NCBI GenBank assembly: GCA_964360965.1
Contig: CAYHYM010000002.1
Span: 30,001-62,000 of the forward strand
DNA from: an uncultured Gammaproteobacteria bacterium
GTDB taxonomy: Bacteria; Patescibacteriota; Microgenomatia; Daviesbacterales; UBA10151
Length of the DNA: 32,000 nt
Direction: 5' to 3'
Every line of letters begins with the position of its first letter. Position 1 is the first letter of the stretch. Shown one piece after another: positions 23,176 to 31,059 of this stretch. The position numbers and the translations under genes are program-made. The notes under the pieces are model-generated. The model worked only from the letters and a program-made list of their open reading frames with translations. It did not search any database and was not told the DNA's origin.

Positions 23176-24072
23176 ATGAATTTTTTAACTATTACTGTCT
23201 TAGGTTATGCCTTAAATGGTTTGACTGTCTTAATTGATAAAATTTTACTCAATAAAGCTCTGCCACACCCCATTATTTATACCTTTTATATCTCTGTGAT
23301 GGGTTTTGTGACGATTTTTTTTGCCCCCTTTGGATTTCACCTAAATTTTGGAGTAGCGCTCTGGGGCACCCTAGCTGGTATTTTTGGAGTTTTGGGTACT
23401 GTTGCCTATTTTGAAAGTTTAAAACATGGAGAAGCTTCCACGGTCCCAGCTGTAATTGGGGCTCTAAATCCTATTTTTACTCTCATTTTAGGCTTTGCCC
23501 TATTTAAAGATACTTTAACTACTACCCAAATTTTAGCTTTTTTTACTTTACTTTTGGGAGCAGCTATTTTAACTACTAAGTACTGGATGAAAGTAAGAGT
23601 AAATAAACAACTAGCTTTGATGTTCCTGTCAGGATTTTTATTTGCCCTGACAGCTTTAACCTTAAGAGAGTCTTTTTTAGCTAGTAATTTTATCTCAGGA
23701 CTAGTAGTTAGTAGAGTAGCTGGAGGTTTGTTAGTGCTGCCACTTCTTTTTTCCTCTCATTTTAGAATCCAGATATTTGCTTCAAGGTTAACTAAACACC
23801 ACTTTGCTAATAAAACCTCTATGCTTTTATTAGGGGGGCAGTTAATGGGAGCTGTAGGAGGACTCCTTCTGACCTTTGCTATCTCCCTAGAAAATCCAGC
23901 TTTAGTTAATTCCCTGTTTGGAGTTCAATATCTGGTTATTCTAACAGTAGCTTTGAGTTTATATAAAAAGCATCCTCATCTTTTCGATGAGAGATTAACC
24001 AAATCTGTGGTCATTCAAAAAATTATAGGAGTATTATTTTTAAGTCTTGGTCTTTACCTACTGGCAACATAA
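23176..24072 (+). CDS. EamA/DMT-family transporter
   Basis: 298 aa with about 10 TM segments in two similar halves, the typical EamA repeat layout. The call rests on topology and general similarity. Confidence 0.65.
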   Translation: MNFLTITVLGYALNGLTVLIDKILLNKALPHPIIYTFYISVMGFVTIFFAPFGFHLNFGVALWGTLAGIFGVLGTVAYFESLKHGEASTVPAVIGALNPIFTLILGFALFKDTLTTTQILAFFTLLLGAAILTTKYWMKVRVNKQLALMFLSGFLFALTALTLRESFLASNFISGLVVSRVAGGLLVLPLLFSSHFRIQIFASRLTKHHFANKTSMLLLGGQLMGAVGGLLLTFAISLENPALVNSLFGVQYLVILTVALSLYKKHPHLFDERLTKSVVIQKIIGVLFLSLGLYLLAT

Positions 24073-24073
24073 C

Positions 24074-25105
24074 ATGAAGAAAGTATACAAAAAGATTAAC
24101 CATACAAAACATTTAATTATCATCGTAGCCTTGGGAATAGTTGGACTTTTTACTGTTTTAGTTATGGGTAATATTTATTATGAAAAAATTTATCCTGTCT
24201 CATCCAGTGTTCAATTTGGAGTCACTTTTTCTCCTTATTATGCTCAGGATTTAGGACAAGATTGGAAAACCACCTATTTAAGTTTAATCCAAGATTTAAA
24301 AGTTAAAAATATCAGATTAAATAGCTACTGGGATATCATCCAACCTGCTCCAACCCAGTTTAATTTCCAAGATTTAGATTACATGTTTGATCTGGCCAGT
24401 AAAAATAATGTTAAAGTTTTATTGATAGTGGGCATTAAACAGTCTCGCTGGCCAGAGTGTAGAATTCCAGGGTGGGCCAAGGAGCTATCTTTAGGTGAAC
24501 GTCGTCAAAAAAATCTAGAGTTTATAGAGAAAGTTATCACCAGATATCAAAATAACTCCAGTTTATGGGCTTATCAGGTAGAAAATGAACCTTTGCTTAA
24601 CTATGGACATGCTTGTGATCCTCATGATAGAGATTATTTAAAACAAGAGGTGCAATTTGTTAAAAAATTAGATCCTCGAAAACCTATTATTCTAACTGAT
24701 TCTGGAGAGCTAAGATTTTGGAGAACACCTATGCAGCTAGCTGATATTTTTGGTACTACCCTTTATCGTGAAACTTATAATCCCATCCTGGGCTATTTTT
24801 ACTGGCCGCTACCTCCTGCCTTTTATAATTTTAAATCTAGCTTAATTACCAAAATATTTGCCCAGGGAATTCAAAAAACCATTATTGTGGAGCTTCAAAC
24901 TGAACCTTGGCTTCCTCAAGAACCCGCTAAAATACCAGTTGAGGATCAAATTGAGATTTTTGACTTAGATAATTTTAAAAATAATGTAGAGTTTGCCAGA
25001 AGAACTGGTTTTGATACCACTATTTTATGGGGGGTTGAGTGGTGGTATTATATGTCCTCAAAAAATCATCCAGAATATCTGGAATATGCCAAAACACTAT
25101 TTTAA
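24074..25105 (+). CDS. membrane-anchored glycoside hydrolase-like TIM-barrel protein (clan GH-A type)
   Basis: The ATG at 24074 lies just after the upstream stop. N-terminal TM anchor. WDIIQPAPTQFNFQDLDYMFDLASKNNVKVLLIVG and YQVENEP (candidate acid/base) resemble GH5/GH42-like enzymes. The exact family is unknown. Confidence 0.5.
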   Translation: MKKVYKKINHTKHLIIIVALGIVGLFTVLVMGNIYYEKIYPVSSSVQFGVTFSPYYAQDLGQDWKTTYLSLIQDLKVKNIRLNSYWDIIQPAPTQFNFQDLDYMFDLASKNNVKVLLIVGIKQSRWPECRIPGWAKELSLGERRQKNLEFIEKVITRYQNNSSLWAYQVENEPLLNYGHACDPHDRDYLKQEVQFVKKLDPRKPIILTDSGELRFWRTPMQLADIFGTTLYRETYNPILGYFYWPLPPAFYNFKSSLITKIFAQGIQKTIIVELQTEPWLPQEPAKIPVEDQIEIFDLDNFKNNVEFARRTGFDTTILWGVEWWYYMSSKNHPEYLEYAKTLF

Positions 25106-25216
25106 AAAGAGCTGTCCCTGAGGTGTATCTCATCTTCTGCTAAATTCCCTCTTGCATAAATTCAATTCAATTTATAAAATGCCCTCAAAGAGAGAGTAGA
25201 ATGCCTGCAGGTAAAA

Positions 25217-27439
25217 ATGAACAAGTTCTTGCTCCGCCCCCTATCCCTTGTCCTTCTTTTGTCCCAATTTATCTTGATTAAAATAGGTGAGTTGCCTTTT
25301 TGGCTAATTAGCAGGACGCTTGCGTTAGCAAGCAAGAGAGTGAGGTTGCCGGCCGAAGCGTTCCGCTGGCATCGTGGTCGTGGCCGTCCACCCAAATTAT
25401 GGAATAAAATTCCCCAAAAAATTAAGATCATTACCTCTATAGCGGTTTTGGCATTAATTTTTTTTCTCTATACCAATTTTGTTTTTATGGCTGCTTATCA
25501 GTTGCCAAACCCTGATCGTCTTACCTCCCCCACCCAACCCTTAACAACTGAAATTTATGACAGAAAGGGACAGCTTTTATACAGGCTTTATGAGGACAGA
25601 AACAGAAGCCTGATTAAATTTGAAGATTTGCCAAAATATCTGATACATGCCACTATTGCCATAGAAGATAAAAATTTTTATCAGCATCTAGGCGTAGATT
25701 CATCAGCCATCATCCGGGCTATTTATCACAACATCACCCAAAAAAACCTGCAAGGCGCCTCCACCATTACCCAGCAACTGATCAAAAACACTCTATTAAC
25801 AACCGAACAAACATACCAGCGAAAAATAAAGGAAATTTTTTTGGCATTTTGGGCAGAGAGAATTTATTCTAAAGACCAGATTCTTAAGATGTATTTTAAT
25901 GAAGCGCCATTCGGGGGAACCGCCTGGGGAGTAGAGGCTGCCTCGCAAACTTATTTTGGGAAAACCACCCGCGATCTAAATTTGGCTGAATCAGCCTATC
26001 TGGCAGGGCTGCCGGCCTCACCCACCCAATTTTCACCTTTTACCGCATCTTTCCAGGTGGCCAAAACCCGCCAAAAAGAGGTCTTGAGCAAAATGGTGGA
26101 GGCAGGATTTATTGACAAACTACAAGCTCATGAAGCTACAGATAAACCTTTAAACTTACTGCCCCAAAAAAACAGTATTCTGGCCCCGCACTTTGTGATG
26201 TATGTTAAAGATTTGCTCTCTCAAAAATTCGGTCCCAGAGTGGTTTCCCAGGGTGGGTTAAAAATTACCACCACCCTGGATTTAAACCTTCAGCAAAATT
26301 TGGAAAAAATTGTCAAAGAAGAAGTGGAAAAATTAACAGAACTTAATGTGCAAAATGGAGCAATTCTTGTAACTGACCCAAAATCCGGACAGATTCTGGC
26401 TATGGTGGGAAGTAAAGATTACTATCAGGAAAGCTTTGGTAATTTCAATGTGACAACAGCCCTGCGCCAACCAGGCTCATCCATCAAACCAGCAACCTAT
26501 GCAGCGGCTTTTGAGGCAGGATACTCCCCGGGCAACACCATTTTAGATGCTCCGGTTAACTTTATTCAACCAGGCAGCAAACCTTACTCTCCCCTAAATT
26601 ATGATGGTATATTTCATGGGCCTGTATCAATACGGGTAGCCTTAGGTTCATCTTATAATGTGCCTGCTGTAAAGATGCTCTCCACAGTGGGAATTCCCCG
26701 TATGATTGCAACTGCCAAAAGTTTGGGGATCACCACTTTTGATCCGCCAACTGGCGGACCACAAAGGTTTGGTCTATCACTGACTCTGGGTGGTGGAGAG
26801 GTTAAAATGATTGACATGATGGCGCTTTATGGCACATTTTCCCAGATGGGCCGATTTAATCGGCCCACACCAATTCTTAAGGTGACAGACTCAAATGGAA
26901 ATGTCCTGGAAGAATACTCCAACCAGAGTATCCAAGCGCTCCAGCCTGAAATTGCCTATCTTGTAACTCACATCTTATCTGATAACAAAGCCAGAACCCC
27001 TGCTTTTGGGGCAAATTCACAGCTTTTTATCGCAGACCATCAGGTGGCTGTAAAAACCGGCACCTCTGATAATAAAAGGGATAACTGGACCTTTGGCTAT
27101 ACCCCTTCCTTTGTGGTGGGGGTGTGGGTGGGCAATAATGACAACTCCCCCATGAACCCTACTTTAACCTCAGGTGTAACCGGTGCCGCTCCTATTTGGA
27201 ATAGGATTATGAAGCAGCTTTTGGCAAATCATCCCTTTTTAGGATTTGTCCGTCCGGCAGGGATTGTTGAGGCGCAAATTGACGGAAGACAAGATCTGAC
27301 CCTTTCCAGAAATATTCCCAAATCTTTAGTCAGGATTAGAAAAGATGGTGATAACTTTCACTATTCTGATGCCTTCTCAACGTTTGCCACCTCCTCTGCC
27401 GAGTCAAACTCGGCTAGGACGTTTGACAGTACAAATTAG
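25217..27439 (+). CDS. class A penicillin-binding protein (PBP1A-type glycosyltransferase/transpeptidase)
   Basis: 740 aa. GT51 motifs AIEDKNFYQHLGVD, GASTITQQL and RKIKE. Transpeptidase motifs SxxK (GSSIKP), SxN (SYN) and KTG (KTGTSD). The N-terminal cytoplasmic tail contains a GC-rich tract (25311-25395). Confidence 0.9.
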   Translation: MNKFLLRPLSLVLLLSQFILIKIGELPFWLISRTLALASKRVRLPAEAFRWHRGRGRPPKLWNKIPQKIKIITSIAVLALIFFLYTNFVFMAAYQLPNPDRLTSPTQPLTTEIYDRKGQLLYRLYEDRNRSLIKFEDLPKYLIHATIAIEDKNFYQHLGVDSSAIIRAIYHNITQKNLQGASTITQQLIKNTLLTTEQTYQRKIKEIFLAFWAERIYSKDQILKMYFNEAPFGGTAWGVEAASQTYFGKTTRDLNLAESAYLAGLPASPTQFSPFTASFQVAKTRQKEVLSKMVEAGFIDKLQAHEATDKPLNLLPQKNSILAPHFVMYVKDLLSQKFGPRVVSQGGLKITTTLDLNLQQNLEKIVKEEVEKLTELNVQNGAILVTDPKSGQILAMVGSKDYYQESFGNFNVTTALRQPGSSIKPATYAAAFEAGYSPGNTILDAPVNFIQPGSKPYSPLNYDGIFHGPVSIRVALGSSYNVPAVKMLSTVGIPRMIATAKSLGITTFDPPTGGPQRFGLSLTLGGGEVKMIDMMALYGTFSQMGRFNRPTPILKVTDSNGNVLEEYSNQSIQALQPEIAYLVTHILSDNKARTPAFGANSQLFIADHQVAVKTGTSDNKRDNWTFGYTPSFVVGVWVGNNDNSPMNPTLTSGVTGAAPIWNRIMKQLLANHPFLGFVRPAGIVEAQIDGRQDLTLSRNIPKSLVRIRKDGDNFHYSDAFSTFATSSAESNSARTFDSTN
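26742..26758. repeat. 17-nt palindrome inside PBP1A, a near-copy of the def palindrome
   Basis: ATCCGCCAACTGGCGGA, read in frame as DPPTGG. The def copy ATCCGCCAGCTGGCGGAT is read in the same relative frame as NPPAGG. Confidence 0.6.
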
Positions 27440-27467
27440 CTGGTTACGCACGCAAGGCCTGGCCTCC

Positions 27468-27860
27468 CTACTCACCCAGCGCCACCCAGCCTCTTAGGTC
27501 TTTTTTTGAAAGTTTGAGGGGTGAGGTAATAAAAGGATCAACTTCCCCTATAAAAATTAAAGTGCCATATTTGGCAGTTTCTTTACCTTTCCAGTAACTT
27601 TCATCAACAGCTAACTTACTTCCATACTTTTCCCTGACCTCCCCGATATCCCCAACCTCTAACCCATCATAAAAGATCACTTTTTTTACTCTAAATTGAC
27701 CGATTGGATCTTTTCCAGAAGGCTTTATATAAACCAAATCCCCTGCTGATATCTGGCCAAAAGGTGGATCGCGCCTTTTAGAAAACCTGCTTTCAATAGT
27801 TTTTTTACCGGATAAAATTAACTCCCCCACATCATTTTTAAAAATAGCCAGATGTTTCAT
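27468..27860 (-). CDS. ASCH domain protein
   Basis: 130 aa. MKHLAIFKNDVGELILSGKKTIESRF...GDLVYIK is the typical ASCH beta-barrel N-terminus. Confidence 0.8.
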   Translation of the reverse strand: MKHLAIFKNDVGELILSGKKTIESRFSKRRDPPFGQISAGDLVYIKPSGKDPIGQFRVKKVIFYDGLEVGDIGEVREKYGSKLAVDESYWKGKETAKYGTLIFIGEVDPFITSPLKLSKKDLRGWVALGE

Positions 27861-27890
27861 AGCTTGGCCATTATATCATTTAAGAAGATA

Positions 27891-27919
27891 TTGATTATCA
27901 TATGTCTACCTGTTATACT
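27891..27919 (+). promoter_or_regulatory. secE-nusG promoter
   Basis: TTGATT (27891-27896)-17 nt-TATACT (27914-27919). Confidence 0.5.
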
Positions 27920-27928
27920 TGACAAAGT

Positions 27929-27952
27929 TCCTCCAAAATTGGAGGATTTTTT
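27929..27952 (+). promoter_or_regulatory. leader hairpin pairing the secE SD with an anti-SD, followed by T6
   Basis: TCCTCCA-AAAT-TGGAGGA (7-bp stem) then TTTTTT. GGAGGA is the only SD-like element before the ATG at 27958. Confidence 0.45.
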
Positions 27953-27957
27953 ATACT

Positions 27958-28152
27958 ATGAATAAAGTGATCAGCTTTTTGAATGAAGCGAAAGAAGAGT
28001 TAAATAAGGTAGCCTGGCCCACCAGGGAGCAAACTATCCGCTACACTGTTTTGGTTATTTTGGTGACTGTGGTTGTTGGGGTGGCCTTGGGAGGGTTAGA
28101 CTATATATTGACTTTACTGACTACCTTTTTAATAGAAAACTATGGAAGATAA
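27958..28152 (+). CDS. secE: preprotein translocase subunit SecE
   Basis: 64 aa from the ATG at 27958. The EELNKVAWPTREQTIRYTVLVILVTVVVGVALGGLD pattern, with a single TM. Followed by nusG. Confidence 0.85.
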   Translation: MNKVISFLNEAKEELNKVAWPTREQTIRYTVLVILVTVVVGVALGGLDYILTLLTTFLIENYGR

Positions 28153-28699
28153 ACAAACAGGCAAAACCGATGTTCCAGGCGCCCGTTGGTATGTGGTCCA
28201 TACCTATTCCGGGCATGAAAATAAAGTGTCAGCCCAGCTGAAACAAAGAATAGAATCAGAACGTCTGGAAAACAAAATTTTGGAAATTTTGGTGCCTATT
28301 CAGAACAAAATTGAAATTAAATCAGGTAAAAAAGTAACTGTGGCTGAAAAAATTTTTCCGGGATATATTTTGGTAAAAATGGTAATGGATGAGGCTTCCT
28401 GGCTGGCTGTCAGAACCACACCAGGAGTAACCGGTTTTGTGGGTATGGGTTCAAAACCTACTCCCATCTCCGATGATGAGGTTAAAACCATCATTCAGTT
28501 TACCAAAGCAGAAACACCCATCTTCAAACAGGTATTTGAAATCTCTGATACTGTTAAAATAGTTGACGGGCCTTTTGCAGATTTTATTGGTAAAGTGGAT
28601 AACGTGGATGAGGAAAGAGGCAAGGTGAAGGTATTAGTGTCCATATTCGGACGCGAGACACCGGTAGAACTTGATTTCCTACAGGTTCAAAAGATATGA
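28142..28699 (+). CDS. nusG: transcription termination/antitermination factor NusG
   Basis: 185 aa. NGN domain (RWYVVHTYSGHENKV) and KOW motif (VKIVDGPFADFIGKVDNVDEERGKVKVLVSIFGRETPVEL). Confidence 0.95.
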   Translation: MEDKQTGKTDVPGARWYVVHTYSGHENKVSAQLKQRIESERLENKILEILVPIQNKIEIKSGKKVTVAEKIFPGYILVKMVMDEASWLAVRTTPGVTGFVGMGSKPTPISDDEVKTIIQFTKAETPIFKQVFEISDTVKIVDGPFADFIGKVDNVDEERGKVKVLVSIFGRETPVELDFLQVQKI

Positions 28700-28741
28700 C
28701 ACCACTATAGTGGTGAGCGAGCGAAGCGAGTCGAACCATGG
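28700..28741 (+). repeat. perfect 16-nt palindrome plus GC-rich repeat unit carrying the rplK start codon
   Basis: CACCACTATAGTGGTG (28700-28715) lies directly after the nusG stop. It is followed by AGCGAGCGAAGCGAGTCGAACCATGG. The 20-mer CGAAGCGAGTCGAACCATGG (28722-28741) recurs with one mismatch at 29199-29218. Confidence 0.6.
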
Positions 28742-29160
28742 CTAAGAAAGTTAAAACTTATATTAAATTAAACATTCCGGCAGGACTAGCCACTGCTGCC
28801 CCGCCTGTGGGACCGGCTTTGGGCCAGCATGGTTTGCCCATCATGGAGTTTGTCAAAGCTTTTAATGAAAGAACTGCAGAAAAACAGGGCAATATCTTGC
28901 CTGTAGTAATCACAGTTTATGAGGATCGGACTTTTTCCTTTATCACCAAACAGCCACCTGTGGCTGAAATGATCAAAAAAGCCCTGAGTTTGGAAAAAGG
29001 ATCCGGAAAAGCTTTAAAAGAACCTGTGGGGAGTATAACTCATACTCAAGTTGAGCAAATTGCCCGCTCCAAAATGCCGGATTTAAATACTAGAAATCTT
29101 GAGGCTGCCACAAAAATTGTGGAGGGAACAGCCAGATCAATGGGGGTTAAAGTACAGTAA
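28738..29160 (+). CDS. rplK: 50S ribosomal protein L11
   Basis: 140 aa with [33 protein letters not shown]. Confidence 0.95.
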   Translation: MAKKVKTYIKLNIPAGLATAAPPVGPALGQHGLPIMEFVKAFNERTAEKQGNILPVVITVYEDRTFSFITKQPPVAEMIKKALSLEKGSGKALKEPVGSITHTQVEQIARSKMPDLNTRNLEAATKIVEGTARSMGVKVQ

Positions 29161-29172
29161 ATGAAAGGAGAA

Positions 29173-29218
29173 CCCTTCGTCCTGAGTTAGTCGAAGGACG
29201 AAGTGAGTCGAACCATGG
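29173..29218 (+). repeat. GC-rich hairpin repeat between an SD-like box and the rplA start codon
   Basis: Perfect 9-bp stem CTTCGTCCT/AGGACGAAG (29175-29203) with an 11-nt loop, then TGAGTCGAACCATGG. AAAGGAG at 29164-29170 lies about 45 nt upstream of the ATG. Confidence 0.6.
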
Positions 29219-30051
29219 GTAAAACTAAAATTAAAATAATAGATGATTCTGCTGCGGTTGGTAGACAAGATGAGTTGGTGGAAAAATTAAAAACAGAACT
29301 GGGAATAAAAGATGTACAGCAAAAGAATGGTAAGCCGGCAAAGTCTGAGTCAGCCAAAGCAATGGGTGAAGTTAATGACAAGACTAAAAAAGCCCAAAAG
29401 ACTGGCAAAGCCAAACCCAGATCTAAAAAATACCAGGAACTGGTCAAAGATCTGGACAGATCCAAAACTTATCCTATTCCGGAAGCAGTTGACATGGTTA
29501 AAAAATTGTCCTATGCTAAATTTAATGGGACCTTAGAAGCTCATATAAATACCGCACAAACGGGGATCGCTGGTTACGTCTCCTTACCCTATGCGTCCGG
29601 CAAGAAACTTAGCATTTTAGCTTTTGGCCCTCTGCCCTCGCCCGAGGAATATGAAGGAGTAAGTTTTGGTGATGATTCAACCATAGAATCCATTTCCCAG
29701 GGTAAGGTGGATATTGATTTGATAATAACTACTCCCGAATGGATGCCTAAACTTGCCAAAGTAGCCAAAATTTTAGGACCTAGGGGTTTAATGCCCAGCC
29801 CCAAAAATGGCACAATAACTGATGACATTAAGAAAACTGTAGAGTCCTTCCAAACCGGAAAAACAGAGTATAAAACAGAACCTAAGACCCCCATTATCCA
29901 TCTGGCTCTGGGGAAATTAGACCAACCAAATGAGGAACTTGAGGCCAATGTTAAAATTCTGCTTTCTACTTTGGGCAAAACCAGAGTTAAAAAGGTATCT
30001 TTATCCCCCACCATGGGACCATCTGTTAAGGTGGATTTAGCTTCTGTGTAA
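29215..30051 (+). CDS. rplA: 50S ribosomal protein L1 with a Lys-rich N-terminal extension
   Basis: The canonical L1 N-terminus (PRSKKYQELVKDLDRSKTYPIPEAVDMVKKL...KFNGTLEAHIN) begins about 66 aa after the ATG at 29215. The rest is L1-like (GPRGLMPSPKNGT). An alternative internal ATG at 29362 would give a conventional length. Confidence 0.85.
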   Translation: MGKTKIKIIDDSAAVGRQDELVEKLKTELGIKDVQQKNGKPAKSESAKAMGEVNDKTKKAQKTGKAKPRSKKYQELVKDLDRSKTYPIPEAVDMVKKLSYAKFNGTLEAHINTAQTGIAGYVSLPYASGKKLSILAFGPLPSPEEYEGVSFGDDSTIESISQGKVDIDLIITTPEWMPKLAKVAKILGPRGLMPSPKNGTITDDIKKTVESFQTGKTEYKTEPKTPIIHLALGKLDQPNEELEANVKILLSTLGKTRVKKVSLSPTMGPSVKVDLASV

Positions 30052-31014
30052 AGCTTTTTTTAGGATCATTCTCAGATCAATCTTTAAAAAGTAAACAGAA
30101 ATGATGCCAAAAATTAGGATAAAGACAGCAGTTAAAATATGAAACAGCACCACCATGGCAGAGGCAAGGTTGGGTTCAAGTCCAAAAACTCCGGAAAAAA
30201 TCAGCAAGCCTGATGCTTCAGCAGATCCCACATAGCCCGGTGCTGCCGGAATAAGGTAAGTTAAAGCAGACAGAAGTTGTCCCAAATACATATTAATAAA
30301 AGGCTGGGGGTATGAAATGGCCAAAAAAGTAAAATACCAGATGGCTGCATCTGTGGCGTATGCCAGTATAGTTAAAAAAAGGAGCGAAAATAAATCTATT
30401 GGCTTCCTATTTAAAATAGTAAAAGAATCTAAAATAAAACTACTAAACCTCTCAAAATATATCTTAATATTCTTAAATATTAATAGATTAATCAAAAATT
30501 TAACTAATTTTTGAGCAAAATCTTTATTAAAAATGGCTAAATAAGTTACAAGCAAGGCTAAAGATAGTATAATAATTATAATTGTTATAAAATTTATACT
30601 AAGAGAGGTGGGAATTATCAGCAAAAGTACACCTGATAAAAGTAAAACCACCAGAAAATCCAAAAAACGGTCCAAAAATACCCATACCAGTGATTTTGAA
30701 AGCGGCAAGCCATATTGGGTATTTAAATAAATTCCCTTGGCTATTTCCCCTGCTCTGATGGGAATATAAAAATTAAAAAGCATGGCTACCCCGTTTAAGA
30801 AAAGCAAATCAGAAAATTTAATCCTTTTAATCTTGGAAAGAAAAATTTTAAATCTTAAACTTCTAATAAAAATGGAAAAAAATAGAAAAATAAACACTAA
30901 AATAAGATAGGACAGGTTAGTTTGGGAAAGAGTTAAAAAAATTTGTCCAACATCTACAAATTGCAGCCATAAAAAAATCAGCGCCAATCCTATCGCTGTA
31001 TTAAGTGCTAGCAT
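30037..31014 (-). CDS. flippase-like / lysylphosphatidylglycerol-synthase-TM-region family membrane protein
   Basis: 325 aa with about 8 TM segments. The N-terminal WLQFVDVGQIF...IRSLRFKIFL pattern is typical of UPF0104-type proteins. Assigned by general similarity only. Confidence 0.55.
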   Translation of the reverse strand: MLALNTAIGLALIFLWLQFVDVGQIFLTLSQTNLSYLILVFIFLFFSIFIRSLRFKIFLSKIKRIKFSDLLFLNGVAMLFNFYIPIRAGEIAKGIYLNTQYGLPLSKSLVWVFLDRFLDFLVVLLLSGVLLLIIPTSLSINFITIIIIILSLALLVTYLAIFNKDFAQKLVKFLINLLIFKNIKIYFERFSSFILDSFTILNRKPIDLFSLLFLTILAYATDAAIWYFTFLAISYPQPFINMYLGQLLSALTYLIPAAPGYVGSAEASGLLIFSGVFGLEPNLASAMVVLFHILTAVFILIFGIISVYFLKIDLRMILKKALHRS

Positions 31015-31059
31015 ATAATTAACTATACTTCAAAAAGATAAACTTTGTATAATAAAATT

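Noticed and set aside
25162-25431. 89-aa minus-strand ORF overlapping the PBP1A start
   Set aside because: It is Arg/Gly-rich because it reads through the GC-rich repeat tract. It lies antisense to the PBP1A 5' end and has no start context.
19598-27890. Classical tRNA-Trp-integrated genomic island
   Set aside because: I found no integrase or recombinase gene, and no direct repeat of the tRNA-Trp 3' end by eye. The block also contains the probably essential PBP1A. It is therefore reported only as a synteny interruption.
27919-27957. TTG at 27919 as the secE start (ORF-track 77-aa version)
   Set aside because: 27914-27919 fits a -10 box. The SD-like GGAGGA and the conserved SecE N-terminus fit the ATG at 27958.
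29203-29214. GTG at 29203 as the rplA start
   Set aside because: That GTG lies in the 3' arm of the 9-bp hairpin. The ATG at 29215 sits in the same GAGTCGAACCATGG context as the rplK start.
4198-29218. GC-rich repeats as a CRISPR array
   Set aside because: The copies are dispersed over the window and are heterogeneous. They are not separated by regular spacers, and no cas genes are present.
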